The notes beneath the pieces were generated by a model that was not told where the DNA came from, made no database searches, and saw only the letters and a list, made by a program, of their open reading frames with translations. From Verrucomicrobiia bacterium (GTDB lineage Bacteria; Verrucomicrobiota; Verrucomicrobiia; JADLBR01): a stretch of DNA of 64,000 nucleotides. Each line of letters starts with the position of its first letter. The stretch's first letter is position 1. Positions 1 to 9,881 of the stretch are shown piece after piece. The DNA lies in assembly GCA_026646655.1 (NCBI GenBank), contig JAPKHT010000008.1, forward strand, positions 8,426 through 72,425, in the 5' to 3' direction. A program made the position numbers and the translations under genes.

Positions 1-1852
1 GAGCGCGAGCGCGGAACAGGAGATCGCCTCGGCGGACTGGCCGAAGATCCGGCACTTCAAGGTGGAGAAGAGGCCCGAGGGCTATCCCGTCGGGGACGTG
101 CCGAGCGCCAAGCAGTGGGAGGTCTGCGCCCCGGCGACGGTCGGCGCGTTCACGGCGTGCGGCTACTTCATGGCCCGCGAACTGCACAAGGAGCTGGGCG
201 TGCCCGTGGGGCTGATCAACAGCTCGTGGGGCGGCACCCGGATCGAGCCCTGGACGGCCCCCGCGGGATTCGACGCGGTCGATGAACTCAAGACCCTCGC
301 GGAGCAGGTGCGCCTAGCCGACCCGAGATCGCCCGCGCACAAGGCGAGGCTGGGGGAGTACGCGGGGCAGGTCGAGGCGTGGCTCGCGAGGGCGCGCGAG
401 GCGATCTCGGGCGACAAGTCATCGCCCGCGCTGGCGCCGTATCCCCCGGAACTGAAGCCGATCACGGAGCAGGTGGCCTCCAACCAGCACCAGCAGCCGA
501 CGGCCCTGTACAACGGCATGATCCACGGGCTGATCCCGTTCGCCTTCCGCGGCGCGATCTGGTACCAGGGCGAATCCAACCACCGCGAGGGCATGCTCTA
601 CGTCGCCAAGAAGGAGGCGCTCGTCCGTGGCTGGCGCAGGCTCTGGGGGAATGACTTTCCGTTCCTCTACGTGCAGATCGCGCCATTCAAGTACGGCGAT
701 GAGCCGCCGCAGTACCTGGCCGAGTTCTGGGAGGCGCAGGCCGCGGCCCTGAAGATCCCGAACACCGGCATGGTCGTGCCCAATGACATCGCCGATTACA
801 ACGACATCCACCCGAAGAACAAGCAGGAGGTCGGGCGCCGCCTCGCGCTGCTGGCGCTCAAGAACACGTATGGGCGCGGCGGCCTCGTGGCCGACGGCCC
901 GACGTTCAAGAAATTGACCCTCGAGGGCGACCGGCTGCGCGTCGAGTTCGACAATGTCGGCGGCGGGCTGGTCTCCCGCGATGGCAAGCCGCTGAACTGG
1001 TTCCGGGTCATCGGCGAGGACACGGACTTCGAGGACGCCGAGGCGACGATCGAGGGCGGCGCCGTGATCCTGCGGTCGCCGAAAGTCCCGAAGCCGGTCG
1101 CCGTGCAGTTCGCGTGGCACAAGGCGGCGGAGCACAACCTCCAGAACAAGGAGGGGTTGCCGGCGCGCCCATTCCGGGCCGGCGATGTCCCGAAGCGCGA
1201 CTTCCTCGCCCTGCGCATCGCCGAGGCGAAGGACTATACCCTGGCGCTCGAGATGGACCTCAGCAAGCTCGGGCGCAACATCGCCTACGACGCCGACCAC
1301 CGCCCCCGCATCGCCCGCCCCTTCGACCGCATCGCCTATTTCCTGGAACTCCAGCGAGAGGGCGAGGCCCTTCAGTACCTCTACGTTTCCATGGACGCCT
1401 TCACCGATGACCTCGGCAAGATCGGGATCCCGGCGCCCGAGTCAAAGGCCGTCTTCCAGCAGAAGGTCGCCCACGCGAACGTCGAATCGAATGCGGAGGG
1501 GATTGTCACGGGCTCGGGACTGGCAGGCTGCAACATCGAGTTCTGGCCGCACAACTACGGCCCCCAGAACAGCGCCAACATCCCGGACGCCAGCGCGCAG
1601 CTCTGGGATTTCGGGGACCAGTACGCGCCGCCCGAGGACGGCTACGGCTGCATGCAGGTCCACAACTCCGAGGCCAAGCAGACGCTCTTTGCGATCAACA
1701 ACTGGAAGTCTGGCGCCGCAGCCGACATCGGCATCGGCAACAGCGCGCCCACCAACGAGCGGACCGGCGCGACCCGCGACTGGACGTTCAACGGCAACGC
1801 GGGCGGCTACACCGTCAAGCGGCTCAGGGTGCTGGTCCGGGAGAAGAAGTAG
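1..1852 (+). CDS. Sialate O-acetylesterase-like carbohydrate esterase (SASA/DUF303, SGNH-type). It is 5'-truncated: the reading frame is open back to window position 2
   Basis: ORF 62..1852 has no in-frame stop upstream to the window edge. It contains the motif GLINSSWGGTRIEPW, typical of sialic acid-specific 9-O-acetylesterase-like proteins, plus a C-terminal beta-rich extension. The stop TAG is at 1850-1852. Confidence 0.6.
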   Translation, partial: SASAEQEIASADWPKIRHFKVEKRPEGYPVGDVPSAKQWEVCAPATVGAFTACGYFMARELHKELGVPVGLINSSWGGTRIEPWTAPAGFDAVDELKTLAEQVRLADPRSPAHKARLGEYAGQVEAWLARAREAISGDKSSPALAPYPPELKPITEQVASNQHQQPTALYNGMIHGLIPFAFRGAIWYQGESNHREGMLYVAKKEALVRGWRRLWGNDFPFLYVQIAPFKYGDEPPQYLAEFWEAQAAALKIPNTGMVVPNDIADYNDIHPKNKQEVGRRLALLALKNTYGRGGLVADGPTFKKLTLEGDRLRVEFDNVGGGLVSRDGKPLNWFRVIGEDTDFEDAEATIEGGAVILRSPKVPKPVAVQFAWHKAAEHNLQNKEGLPARPFRAGDVPKRDFLALRIAEAKDYTLALEMDLSKLGRNIAYDADHRPRIARPFDRIAYFLELQREGEALQYLYVSMDAFTDDLGKIGIPAPESKAVFQQKVAHANVESNAEGIVTGSGLAGCNIEFWPHNYGPQNSANIPDASAQLWDFGDQYAPPEDGYGCMQVHNSEAKQTLFAINNWKSGAAADIGIGNSAPTNERTGATRDWTFNGNAGGYTVKRLRVLVREKK

Positions 1853-1858
1853 GGGCCG

Positions 1859-2620
1859 CTACTCCAGCCAGACCGACACCCACAGACGGTGGGGGCTGTC
1901 CTTCTTGCCGAGGATCAGCTCGTTGTCCCCGACGTGCAGGTCGGCGTCGGATCGATCGAACTCCGAGCCGAGGGGTGTCCCGTTGAGGATGGTCCCGTGC
2001 CGGCTGCCGCGGTCGCGCAGGACGATGACGCCCCCGTGGCGCTCGATCGAGCACTGGTGCGGCGAGACCTGGTAGGGTTCCTTGTCCTGCACCGTGTAGT
2101 CGTTCGGAAAAAGGACGCTGAAGTACCCGCCCTGCGTGGCGCGCCCGATGCGGAAGGGGAACTTCGGGACCAGCACGCCGGGTTCGCCGGCCGCGCGCTC
2201 GGCGACGGTCTGGACGCGCACGCGCGGGGTTTTCTCGGAGGCCTGGGGGGTCCGGGGGGCCGGGGCTGTGGCACCGAGTCGCGCCAGTTGCTCGTTCGCG
2301 TGCCGGAGCCGCTCGAAGAATGAGGCGAGGTAAGGCAAGAGCCTCTTGGGGTCGGTGAGGATGAGGTGGTTGAAATCGTAGTCGGTGAGCACCTCGACCT
2401 CGGTGGCGTCGATGGCCCGCGCGCTGGCCGAGCGCGGGCGATCCTGCATGATGGCCATCTCGCCAAAGATCTCCCCGGGGGAGAGCTCGGCCAGCGGGAT
2501 CTCGCGGCCGTCCTTTTCCAGGAAAATGAGCACGCGCCCGGTGAGTATGCGGTAGGCGTGGCGCCCCTCCTGGCCCTCGCGAAAGATCAGTTGGCCGGGC
2601 TCGAGTCTCTCGTGGTGCAT
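1859..2620 (-). CDS. Cyclic-nucleotide-binding domain plus FHA domain protein
   Basis: The cNMP-binding signature (PGEIFGEMAI ... RSASARA) is followed by an FHA-like segment (FPFRIGRATQGGYF ... RDRGSRHGTILNGTPL ... ELILG). The ORF-track M at 2653 is a TTG; the in-frame ATG at 2618-2620 (MHHERLEPGQ...) is the more likely start. Confidence 0.6.
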   Translation of the reverse strand: MHHERLEPGQLIFREGQEGRHAYRILTGRVLIFLEKDGREIPLAELSPGEIFGEMAIMQDRPRSASARAIDATEVEVLTDYDFNHLILTDPKRLLPYLASFFERLRHANEQLARLGATAPAPRTPQASEKTPRVRVQTVAERAAGEPGVLVPKFPFRIGRATQGGYFSVLFPNDYTVQDKEPYQVSPHQCSIERHGGVIVLRDRGSRHGTILNGTPLGSEFDRSDADLHVGDNELILGKKDSPHRLWVSVWLE

Positions 2621-2672
2621 GGGTCCCTCCGGGGTGAGAACACAGGTACTCAATCGCGGCCGAGATGCGGTG

Positions 2673-4556
2673 TCAAGGCGAGGGGTTCAGCCGAGGGATC
2701 AGGTAATCGAGCATCCGCGCCGGGTAGGCGGCGGCGCGGTGCCTCGCGTCCTGGCCGACGGGCTTTCTCGGCAGGGCCTGGATGCGGGCGGCCAGGGGCC
2801 GGGCCTTCTCGCCGAGATGATCGATCGCGTTCAGCGCCTCGTTGGAGCGATAGGGATCGGAGCGCGCCATGTCGGCGTGGGCCATGAGCACCTCCATCGC
2901 GGGTTCAAGATCGGCGGCTTCGCCGAAGCGCCCGAGGGCCTCGGCGGCGACGATCTGGACGCTGGGCGATTCGTCTTTCAGCAGGGGCCGGAGTTTGTCC
3001 GCCGCGCCGCTAGCCGCCCCCTCGCCCCAGATGATGAGGCCCAGCGCGCCCCAGTAGCGGACGACGGGCTCGGGATCGGACAAGAGGGCCACCATTTCCG
3101 CGAGGCTGGCGCGCGAGCCGTCACTGCCCATCTGTGCGGCTTTGACGATGCGGTCGAAGTCGAGGCCCTTGGGGTCCCGCCCGAGCGCAAACGGGCTGCC
3201 AAAGGTGGCGGCGCGGCGGTGCATCTCGGCCTCCGGGACGAAGCCGAGGTCGCGGGTACCGCGCAGGTGCGCATCGAGCGCCGCGCGCAATTTCTCCAGC
3301 GCGGCCCTGGCCTCGGGGGCATCCGATCTCACGAGGTTGTTGACCTGGTCGCGGTCGGCGGCCAGGTCGTACAGCTCCTCGGCGGCTTTCGGTTTCCAAA
3401 AGGCGGCCTGCTCCGGGGTGAGTTTTCCCTCGTCGAACAACTTCTTCCAGGCCTGGGTGGTCTGCGTCTGGAACATGTAGGCGAGGTATTGGCCCTGCGG
3501 GATGTGCGGCATGAAGTTCCGGATGTAGAGCCAGCGGCCATCCTCCACGGAACGCGTGAAGTCGAAGCGCTCATCCATGCGGTTACGGAACCCGAAGTTG
3601 AAGGCGCGGGCCCCGGTGGCGTGCGGCCCCATGAAGGCCCTGCCGTGCATGTTCGACGGCGTGGGCACGCCCGCGATGCTCAGCACCGTCGGGCCGAAAT
3701 CCACGAAGCTGACGAGGCGGTCGGTGCTGCCGCCCGTCCGGTATTCGGAGGGCGCCATGGCCTTGAACTTCTCGGGCACGTGGACGATCAGCGGGACGCG
3801 CAGGCCCAGCTCGTAGAGCCATCGCTTGCCGCGCGGCATCCCGCAGCCGTTGTCGCCAAAATAGAAGACGATCGTGTCGCCCGCGAGCCCGGCATCCTCG
3901 ATCTCCTTGAGGAGCCTGGCCGCCTGGGCGTCCATCATCGTGAGGCGGTCGTAGTGCTGGGCCCAGTTGGCGCGGACCTCGGGCGTATCCGGATGAAAGG
4001 CGGGAACGCGGGCCTTCGCGGGATCGTGCGTCCTGTCCCTGTCATCGATCTCGTTGCGCAGCTGGCTCTCGTGGGTGATCTCCAGGTTGAAGACCGCGAA
4101 GAAGGGCTTGCCCGCGGGACGATTCTTCCAGTGGGCCTTCTTCGAGCTCTCGTCCCAGGTGCCGTCGGGCTTCGAGACGTTATAATCCTCTTTGCTGTTG
4201 TTGGTGCAGTAGTACCCGGCCTCGCGGAGGTGTTGCGGGTACAGCTTCATGCCCTCGGGCAGCGGCACCATGCTGCGCATGTGCTGGGCGCCGAGCGTCG
4301 CCGGGAACATGCCGGTGATCAGCGCCGTGCGCGCCGGCGCGCACACGGGGGCGTTGGAGCAGGCCCGCGTGTACCGCAGTCCGCGCGCCGCCAGCGCGTC
4401 GAGGTTCGGGGTCTTCGCGTAGTCGTCCCCGTAGCAACCGAGCATCGGGCAGTTGTCCTCGCTGGTGATCCAGAGGATGTTGGGTTTGTCGGGGGCGGCC
4501 GGGGCGGCGGAGGCCAGGGCCAGGGATGCGAACAGGATCGACCGGGCGCGTGTCAT
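2673..4556 (-). CDS. Formylglycine-dependent sulfatase with a C-terminal HEAT-repeat domain and a signal peptide
   Basis: It carries a signal peptide (MTRARSILFASLALASAAPAAP), the sulfatase signature CAPAR (SNAPVCAPARTALITG) and metal-binding residues. The C-terminal ~150 aa are HEAT-like repeats (EPVVRYWGALGLI ... SPSVQIVAAEALGRFG). The ATG at 4554-4556 is preferred over the GTG at 4589. Confidence 0.75.
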   Translation of the reverse strand: MTRARSILFASLALASAAPAAPDKPNILWITSEDNCPMLGCYGDDYAKTPNLDALAARGLRYTRACSNAPVCAPARTALITGMFPATLGAQHMRSMVPLPEGMKLYPQHLREAGYYCTNNSKEDYNVSKPDGTWDESSKKAHWKNRPAGKPFFAVFNLEITHESQLRNEIDDRDRTHDPAKARVPAFHPDTPEVRANWAQHYDRLTMMDAQAARLLKEIEDAGLAGDTIVFYFGDNGCGMPRGKRWLYELGLRVPLIVHVPEKFKAMAPSEYRTGGSTDRLVSFVDFGPTVLSIAGVPTPSNMHGRAFMGPHATGARAFNFGFRNRMDERFDFTRSVEDGRWLYIRNFMPHIPQGQYLAYMFQTQTTQAWKKLFDEGKLTPEQAAFWKPKAAEELYDLAADRDQVNNLVRSDAPEARAALEKLRAALDAHLRGTRDLGFVPEAEMHRRAATFGSPFALGRDPKGLDFDRIVKAAQMGSDGSRASLAEMVALLSDPEPVVRYWGALGLIIWGEGAASGAADKLRPLLKDESPSVQIVAAEALGRFGEAADLEPAMEVLMAHADMARSDPYRSNEALNAIDHLGEKARPLAARIQALPRKPVGQDARHRAAAYPARMLDYLIPRLNPSP

Positions 4557-4622
4557 CGCGCCAGTCTGGGCGGGGAACGTGCCCCGCACAATCGCGAACT
4601 CACTGAGAATCGCGGTTCCCCC

Positions 4623-7600
4623 TCAAGGCGCCGCGATGACGTGGATGTTCCAGTTGGCCGACTCACCCGGCAGCAGCGCGCCGGTGCTCGCGTCATCGTA
4701 GCGCTCAAATCCAATCTCGGCGCCGTTGGCCCGCCATGTCGGGTGGGATTCGTCCCAGTCGGGCGAGCGCGTCACGTTGGTGAACCCGCTGCCATCCGCC
4801 TGGACTACGGCGATGTCGGAATGGGCGCTTGCTGACTCGCGGAACGTGAATGCGATGCGCGCACCGTTTGCGGAAAACTCGGGCCATTCGTTGAACGCGC
4901 CGGAGGCCTGGCCTGAAGTCGTGAGCCTGGTGGGCGTGCCCGTGCCATTCGTGTTGTGGAGATAGAGGTCTCGCCCGGAGCCGCTCTTCCGGGAGACGAC
5001 CGCCACGGTGCCATTTGCATTCAGCCCAAAACCGCGGTCCAGCAGTTCCCCCGTGGCCGAGCTGCTGGTGAGGAATGCGGTCCCGTAGGTCGAGGCGTAT
5101 TGGTGGAATACGTTGAGGGGGCCCGCCCGGAGGGCGATGTTGCCGGTGCCATCTGGCGACGTGCTGTAGCGCCAGGCGATCGTCGAGCCGTCGCGCGAGC
5201 CGCGGATGCACCCGCCGGCCCCGCCCCCATCGATCCTGAGCCTGCGATCAAAGGCGCTGTCGCTCCCGTCCAATACAGTCCGTTGCCACGGGTCTGCATC
5301 GGGCAGGAACTCCAAGTACTCGCGTGTTGTGCCGACCCTTTCCTCGACGAGCACCTCCGGCATGTGCGGCGAGGAGGCGCCCCGCCAGCAGAGGGAATGC
5401 ACGAGGCCATTCTGGCCCTGGGTGGGTCCCGTTGCCATCAGGTGCTCATTCGTGCCGGTGCTGATGACATGACCGAGGTTGGGTGCATTGGTGTGGGACT
5501 GCCAACAGGCGATGTACGCGATGATCTGCTGCGTGGGGTGCCAGCTCGGCTGGAGGTCGTTGCCCGGGTTCATCGTGATGCGCAGTGTCCGCGGGGGAGG
5601 TTCTGGGGGCACCTCCCAACGCATCCGGTAAAACGCCGCGCGCGGGGGCCGGGGCAGGAGGCCGGGGACATCGAAGAGCAGCTCGTAATGGTGTTCGCAC
5701 TCGGTGCATTCGAAGACGGCGGGGTCGTAGCCGCTGGCTGCGTTGGAGTAGACGAGGATGTCCTCCCAATCGATGAGGTTGGTGGAGCCTTGGATGGTGA
5801 TGGGTGTCTCGGGATCGGGCTTGAGCATGCGCGCGCGCAGCAGCGGGATGCCGGGGCCGGCGGCGTCGCACATGCTGATCTCGATCTGGTCGCAGGGCGG
5901 TGGCGGGATGGGATGGCTGGCGGCGACGAAGGGGTTGTAGCCGCCGTCGATCTCGTCGGTGTCGCCGCAGCCATCGCCGTCGGAGTCGGGGCTGTTGGGA
6001 TTGGTGTGGCGGAGGAACTCCTCGAGGTTGGTGAGGGTGTCGCCATCGGCGTCGACCTGGGCGTCGGCGGCATTGTTCGGGTCGAGGCCGTTGTCGGTCT
6101 CGAAGTCATCGCCCATGCCGTCGCCGTCGGAGTCGGGATAGTAGGGGCCGGGGATCACAAGGAAGCCCGGGCCCTGCGGGATCGCAGTGTTCGTGTCGCC
6201 GCCGCGATGGACGAGGGAACAGGTCAGCAGCTCGAAGCGCCTGTGACCCGCGACGGCGCAGGCGAGGGTCCAGGTGACATTGGTCGACGTGCCCGCGGCC
6301 AGGGATGGCAATGGCACGGTGAGCGATCCGCCCGCGAGCGCCAGGTTCGAGCGCGGCGCCAGCTCGAGGGACGCGTCGACGCCGGCCGCGTTGCTGCTGC
6401 CGACGCTGACGATTTGGGCGGTCACGTCGAGCGTCTTGCCCGGGGCCGGGGGGAGCAACGGCCGGCCATCCGCGTTGCTGGCGGACAGCCGCGCGATGGC
6501 GAGGATGGGGCCGGGTTCCGGCTGGCCTTCGGTGGCGAGGTCGGCGGCGCCGAGCGCCCGATCCGCGGAGTCGAGCGTCGCGATGAGGGTCGCGATCTGG
6601 TCCAAGAGTTTTTCACGGAGTGCGGTGGCGCCCGGCGCATCGGGGGGATTGCCTGCGGCATCGTGGATGTGGAGTTCGAGGCTGGCGGCGAGCACGTAGT
6701 GGTAGCTGTCGTGGCACCAGCCGAGCTGTTCCTCGATTTCCTCGAGTTCTTCCGCGTCCGGGTCCATGTGGAAGGTCGCGGCCGTATTGAATATCGCCGC
6801 GTCGTGGAGGTAGGCGTCCGTCGCCGGGATGACGGCATTCGTGAGTGTCGTGGTGTAGGCCGCGAGGTTGGTCGCGACCAGCAGCGCATGGGCGCCGGTG
6901 AGGGCGGCGCGGGCGGTGCTGGACGAGGGGACTGGCAGCGACATCGAGGCCAGCCCCACGGGTCCGTCACCCGCGGGCATGGGGGCCATCGCTGCCGGGG
7001 CGCCGCCCCCGGCGGGGGGCGGGAAGGTCGGTGGCGTGGCGCCGAAGGACCAGTACACGGCGTTGGCGGCCTCCTGTGGCAGGCCGACGCGGAGCCGGTC
7101 GAGGGCCATCTTGGCGTTGGCCGCGTTCGCGTAGATCTGCTCGAGGCTGAAGAGGATTTCGGTGGCGCGCGCCAGGCCCGCCTCGGCATCGGCCATCTCG
7201 CATTTCTCGAGGATGGTGTGCAAGAATGAGAACGTGGCTGCGCCGCGCCCGAAGATCTCGTCGGCGACGACGTCGATATTGCCCTGAGCCCGCACCACCG
7301 CCTCCCTCTTGGCCGCGGTGGCCCGGAGCTCGTTCAGGACAATGGCCTTCGAATCCCCGTAATCCAGCTCATAGGGCGGGCCGGCGATGGCCTTGTCGAG
7401 CGCGGTGGTCAGCAGCGGCTCCGTCGTCCTCCCGTACTCCTCGATGAGGTACTGGGCCCAGTAATTCGCGAATCGGGCCTTCCAGTCGAACACGAACTGA
7501 TTGACGTCGATCTCGGCGTCGTCGGCGAGAGTGCCGATGGCTTCGCCGAGCGCCTCCTTGAACATGTCGCGGGCGGCCTTGGTGGCCCGCTCGCCAGTCC

Positions 7601-9725
7601 ACTTGGCGATGTCGAGGAAAAGACTGAAAGACAGGGTGTCGATGTACTTCTTGATGAGCAACCCCTGGACGTCGAGGAACCAGAGCTTCTCCTCGATGAA
7701 CTCGTCGAGTTCGAGCAGGGATATGATGAGGTCTAGGGTCAGGCCCATGGTCGAGGCGAAATACTCGCCGGCGAAGTTGCCATAGATCACGGCGTCCTCG
7801 GCCATGAGCTTGAAGGCGGCCTCGGCGAGGGTGATGCGCTGGAGGGCCTCGGTCAGCGAGGTCTGCTGGCCGAGCCAAGTGGCGGTGAGTTGCTCGGCGT
7901 CGGCGTAGGGATGCGAGAGCGCGGGGCCGGACACGTTGGCGTTCGAGGCGATCCACTCGATGGCGTCGCCCACCTCCCAGTCGCGCGCGTCGCCGGGGAA
8001 TGCGGACAGGGCGGAGATCAGCGCCTCTTTCTTTTTGCGGGCGCTCTCGGTGAGCAGTCCCGCGAGGCCGAAGTCCACGCGCAGGTTGACGCCGTGTCGC
8101 AGCGCGATGGCCCGCGTGACGGGTTCGCAATCCGGCGCGCTGGCGGTGACGCTATAGATCGCGGCGGCGAGGCCATCGAAGCTATAGTCTCCCGCGGGAT
8201 TGACGGTGGCTGCTGCGGCGAGCACGCCGCCGGGACCCTGCGCGGAAACGGAGGCGTTCCCGATGGGTTCGCCGGTGTCGGCCGTGCGGACCGCGCCATA
8301 GATACGCGCCTTGGGCCCGCGGGCGTCGACCGCGGCCGCCGCCGAAGCCACCTTGCCCGAGGCGTCTGTCACTGTCACCCGCGCCATGTGCATGTCGGAC
8401 GTGGTGAAGGTGTGATCCAGGAACGATTCCTCGCCCGAATAGACGAGCAGGCCATCCACGAACCAGTCGTAGAAATAGCCCGGGGCGCCGCCGCTCACAT
8501 CTGCCGTGAGGCGCACATCGAGCGGCGTCCTGCCGATCTCGGGGTCGGCGACCAGGGTGAGGATCAGCGCGGGAGCCGTGCCATGTCGCAGTACGATCAG
8601 CCCGCTCCGGTCGGCGAGGTAGATGAAGGGTGCCGCGTAGGCCACATCCTCCGCGCGGTAAGGTGTCATGTGCCGCCCGTCGAGGACGGGATGAGCCGCA
8701 TCGCTGATGTCATACGCGCGGAGGCCGCCGTATCCCGCCACGTACGCGCATCCTCCCGAGGCCACCACCCGGTCGGCATCCTCGTCCAGCGCCCCGAGCG
8801 TGGCGGGGGAACCCGGGTTGCTGACGTCCGCCGTCCAGAACCCTTCCCCCACCGCACAGGCGATGGCGTTGGCGCCGACGAACACCCCGCGCACGCTCTT
8901 GCCGCCGCCCGGCAGCCACGTGCCCAGCAGGACCGGTGCCGCGGGGTTGGACACGTTGACGATCTTGAGGCCCGCCGTGCCATCCGCAACGTAGGCCACG
9001 CCGCCCACCACATCCACGTCATAACCCGCCGTGACCCCCGCGTATGTCCCCAGGATGCGCGGGCCGGATGTGGGCTGCCCTGGCTCGACGTCGGGATCGG
9101 TGACATCGACGATGATCAGCCCATCGTCACTGGCCACGTAGAGGGTGTTCCCCTCCAGATCCAACCCTTGCGCCCGCGTCCCGATCCAGAAAAGGCGGTC
9201 GTCGGTGTCGTATTCCGAGAGCGATGCCGTGTTGAATATGCGGATGCCGGAGCGCCAGTTGCCGGCGGCGCTGTAGCTCCAGAGCACGTGGGCGTGGGTG
9301 CCCACTTCGACCTTGCGGAAGCCGTCGATCGCGCCCGTGGCCCGTTCCTGGATCGGTGGGCTGGTCCCGACAAGCACCCGCAGTCCGCCGTTCGCATTGG
9401 TGTAGCCATAGGTCACCGAGTACGCCTCGCCCCCCGACAAGGCCACCCCATAGAAAAGGTTCGGCGAACTGCCCGAGGCGGGATACTTCCCCAGCAGCAC
9501 CGGGTCGGCCCCGGGTGACCGGACCACTGGCACGAGCGCGACGATCGCCCCACACGCGATGCCCGCAACCATGCATCGCGCTGCGCGCACGCCCCCCGTC
9601 CTTTCGATCTCTGCCCCGATCCCCGTCTTCACACGCACCCCTTTCGTCAGGGGGTCGTCGTGTGGCCGAGCGCCGGTTGGCGGCACACCCACGCCGCGAC
9701 CCGCGGTCGGTCGTGCGCGGCGCAC
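4623..9725 (-). CDS. Giant ~1650-1700 aa multidomain surface or secreted protein. Domains in order: N-terminal TM/signal, LVIVD beta-propeller repeats, PKD/CarbopepD_reg-like Ig folds, a long helical region, thrombospondin-type-3 Ca-binding repeats, and a C-terminal TolB/PD40-like beta-propeller
   Basis: Repeated LVIVD-type blades (GNTLYVASDDGLIIVDVTDP, AYVADGTAGLKIVNVSNPAAP). DxDxDG calcium motifs (DSDGDGMGDDFETDNGLDPNNAADAQVDADGDTLTNLEEF ... DSDGDGCGDTDEIDGGYNP). C-terminal PD40-like repeats (ARIAFTFRESASAHSDIAVVQADGSGFTNVTRSPDWDESHPTWRANGAEIGF). The hydrophobic N-terminus MVAGIACGAIVALVPVV suggests the real start is the ATG at 9570-9572. Confidence 0.7.
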   Translation of the reverse strand: MRRARPTAGRGVGVPPTGARPHDDPLTKGVRVKTGIGAEIERTGGVRAARCMVAGIACGAIVALVPVVRSPGADPVLLGKYPASGSSPNLFYGVALSGGEAYSVTYGYTNANGGLRVLVGTSPPIQERATGAIDGFRKVEVGTHAHVLWSYSAAGNWRSGIRIFNTASLSEYDTDDRLFWIGTRAQGLDLEGNTLYVASDDGLIIVDVTDPDVEPGQPTSGPRILGTYAGVTAGYDVDVVGGVAYVADGTAGLKIVNVSNPAAPVLLGTWLPGGGKSVRGVFVGANAIACAVGEGFWTADVSNPGSPATLGALDEDADRVVASGGCAYVAGYGGLRAYDISDAAHPVLDGRHMTPYRAEDVAYAAPFIYLADRSGLIVLRHGTAPALILTLVADPEIGRTPLDVRLTADVSGGAPGYFYDWFVDGLLVYSGEESFLDHTFTTSDMHMARVTVTDASGKVASAAAAVDARGPKARIYGAVRTADTGEPIGNASVSAQGPGGVLAAAATVNPAGDYSFDGLAAAIYSVTASAPDCEPVTRAIALRHGVNLRVDFGLAGLLTESARKKKEALISALSAFPGDARDWEVGDAIEWIASNANVSGPALSHPYADAEQLTATWLGQQTSLTEALQRITLAEAAFKLMAEDAVIYGNFAGEYFASTMGLTLDLIISLLELDEFIEEKLWFLDVQGLLIKKYIDTLSFSLFLDIAKWTGERATKAARDMFKEALGEAIGTLADDAEIDVNQFVFDWKARFANYWAQYLIEEYGRTTEPLLTTALDKAIAGPPYELDYGDSKAIVLNELRATAAKREAVVRAQGNIDVVADEIFGRGAATFSFLHTILEKCEMADAEAGLARATEILFSLEQIYANAANAKMALDRLRVGLPQEAANAVYWSFGATPPTFPPPAGGGAPAAMAPMPAGDGPVGLASMSLPVPSSSTARAALTGAHALLVATNLAAYTTTLTNAVIPATDAYLHDAAIFNTAATFHMDPDAEELEEIEEQLGWCHDSYHYVLAASLELHIHDAAGNPPDAPGATALREKLLDQIATLIATLDSADRALGAADLATEGQPEPGPILAIARLSASNADGRPLLPPAPGKTLDVTAQIVSVGSSNAAGVDASLELAPRSNLALAGGSLTVPLPSLAAGTSTNVTWTLACAVAGHRRFELLTCSLVHRGGDTNTAIPQGPGFLVIPGPYYPDSDGDGMGDDFETDNGLDPNNAADAQVDADGDTLTNLEEFLRHTNPNSPDSDGDGCGDTDEIDGGYNPFVAASHPIPPPPCDQIEISMCDAAGPGIPLLRARMLKPDPETPITIQGSTNLIDWEDILVYSNAASGYDPAVFECTECEHHYELLFDVPGLLPRPPRAAFYRMRWEVPPEPPPRTLRITMNPGNDLQPSWHPTQQIIAYIACWQSHTNAPNLGHVISTGTNEHLMATGPTQGQNGLVHSLCWRGASSPHMPEVLVEERVGTTREYLEFLPDADPWQRTVLDGSDSAFDRRLRIDGGGAGGCIRGSRDGSTIAWRYSTSPDGTGNIALRAGPLNVFHQYASTYGTAFLTSSSATGELLDRGFGLNANGTVAVVSRKSGSGRDLYLHNTNGTGTPTRLTTSGQASGAFNEWPEFSANGARIAFTFRESASAHSDIAVVQADGSGFTNVTRSPDWDESHPTWRANGAEIGFERYDDASTGALLPGESANWNIHVIAAP

Positions 9726-9825
9726 CCTCTATGTCACAATCTAATCTCAATGACATTCTGGCGCAAACGGAAGTGATCGCGCGCAAAGCCGCACCCGCAC
9801 GCCGTGCGCGTACGTGTCCGAGAAT

Positions 9826-9881
9826 CAAGCGGTCGTGCTTGCTAGCAACCTGTGGGGCTTGGCAAAGTCCGACGGGCTGGC
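9826..9881 (+). promoter_or_regulatory. Conserved ~55-nt upstream block ending 1 nt before the asnB ATG; contains the palindrome GGGCTT-GGCA-AAGTCC and the shared 23-mer CTTGGCAAAGTCCGACGGGCTGG
   Basis: About 75% identical to 21908-21962. The last 23 nt are identical between the two copies. Confidence 0.4.

Noticed and set aside
2619-4835. 738-aa plus-strand ORF antisense to the sulfatase gene
   Set aside because: It is Arg/Gly/Ala-rich and low-complexity, typical of an antisense frame in high-GC DNA. The opposite strand has a clear sulfatase with the CxPxR motif.
4956-9518. Long plus-strand ORFs (4956..7229 and 7890..9518) inside the giant gene
   Set aside because: Antisense frames with Gly/Arg/Val-rich repetitive translation. 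The minus strand encodes a coherent multidomain protein.
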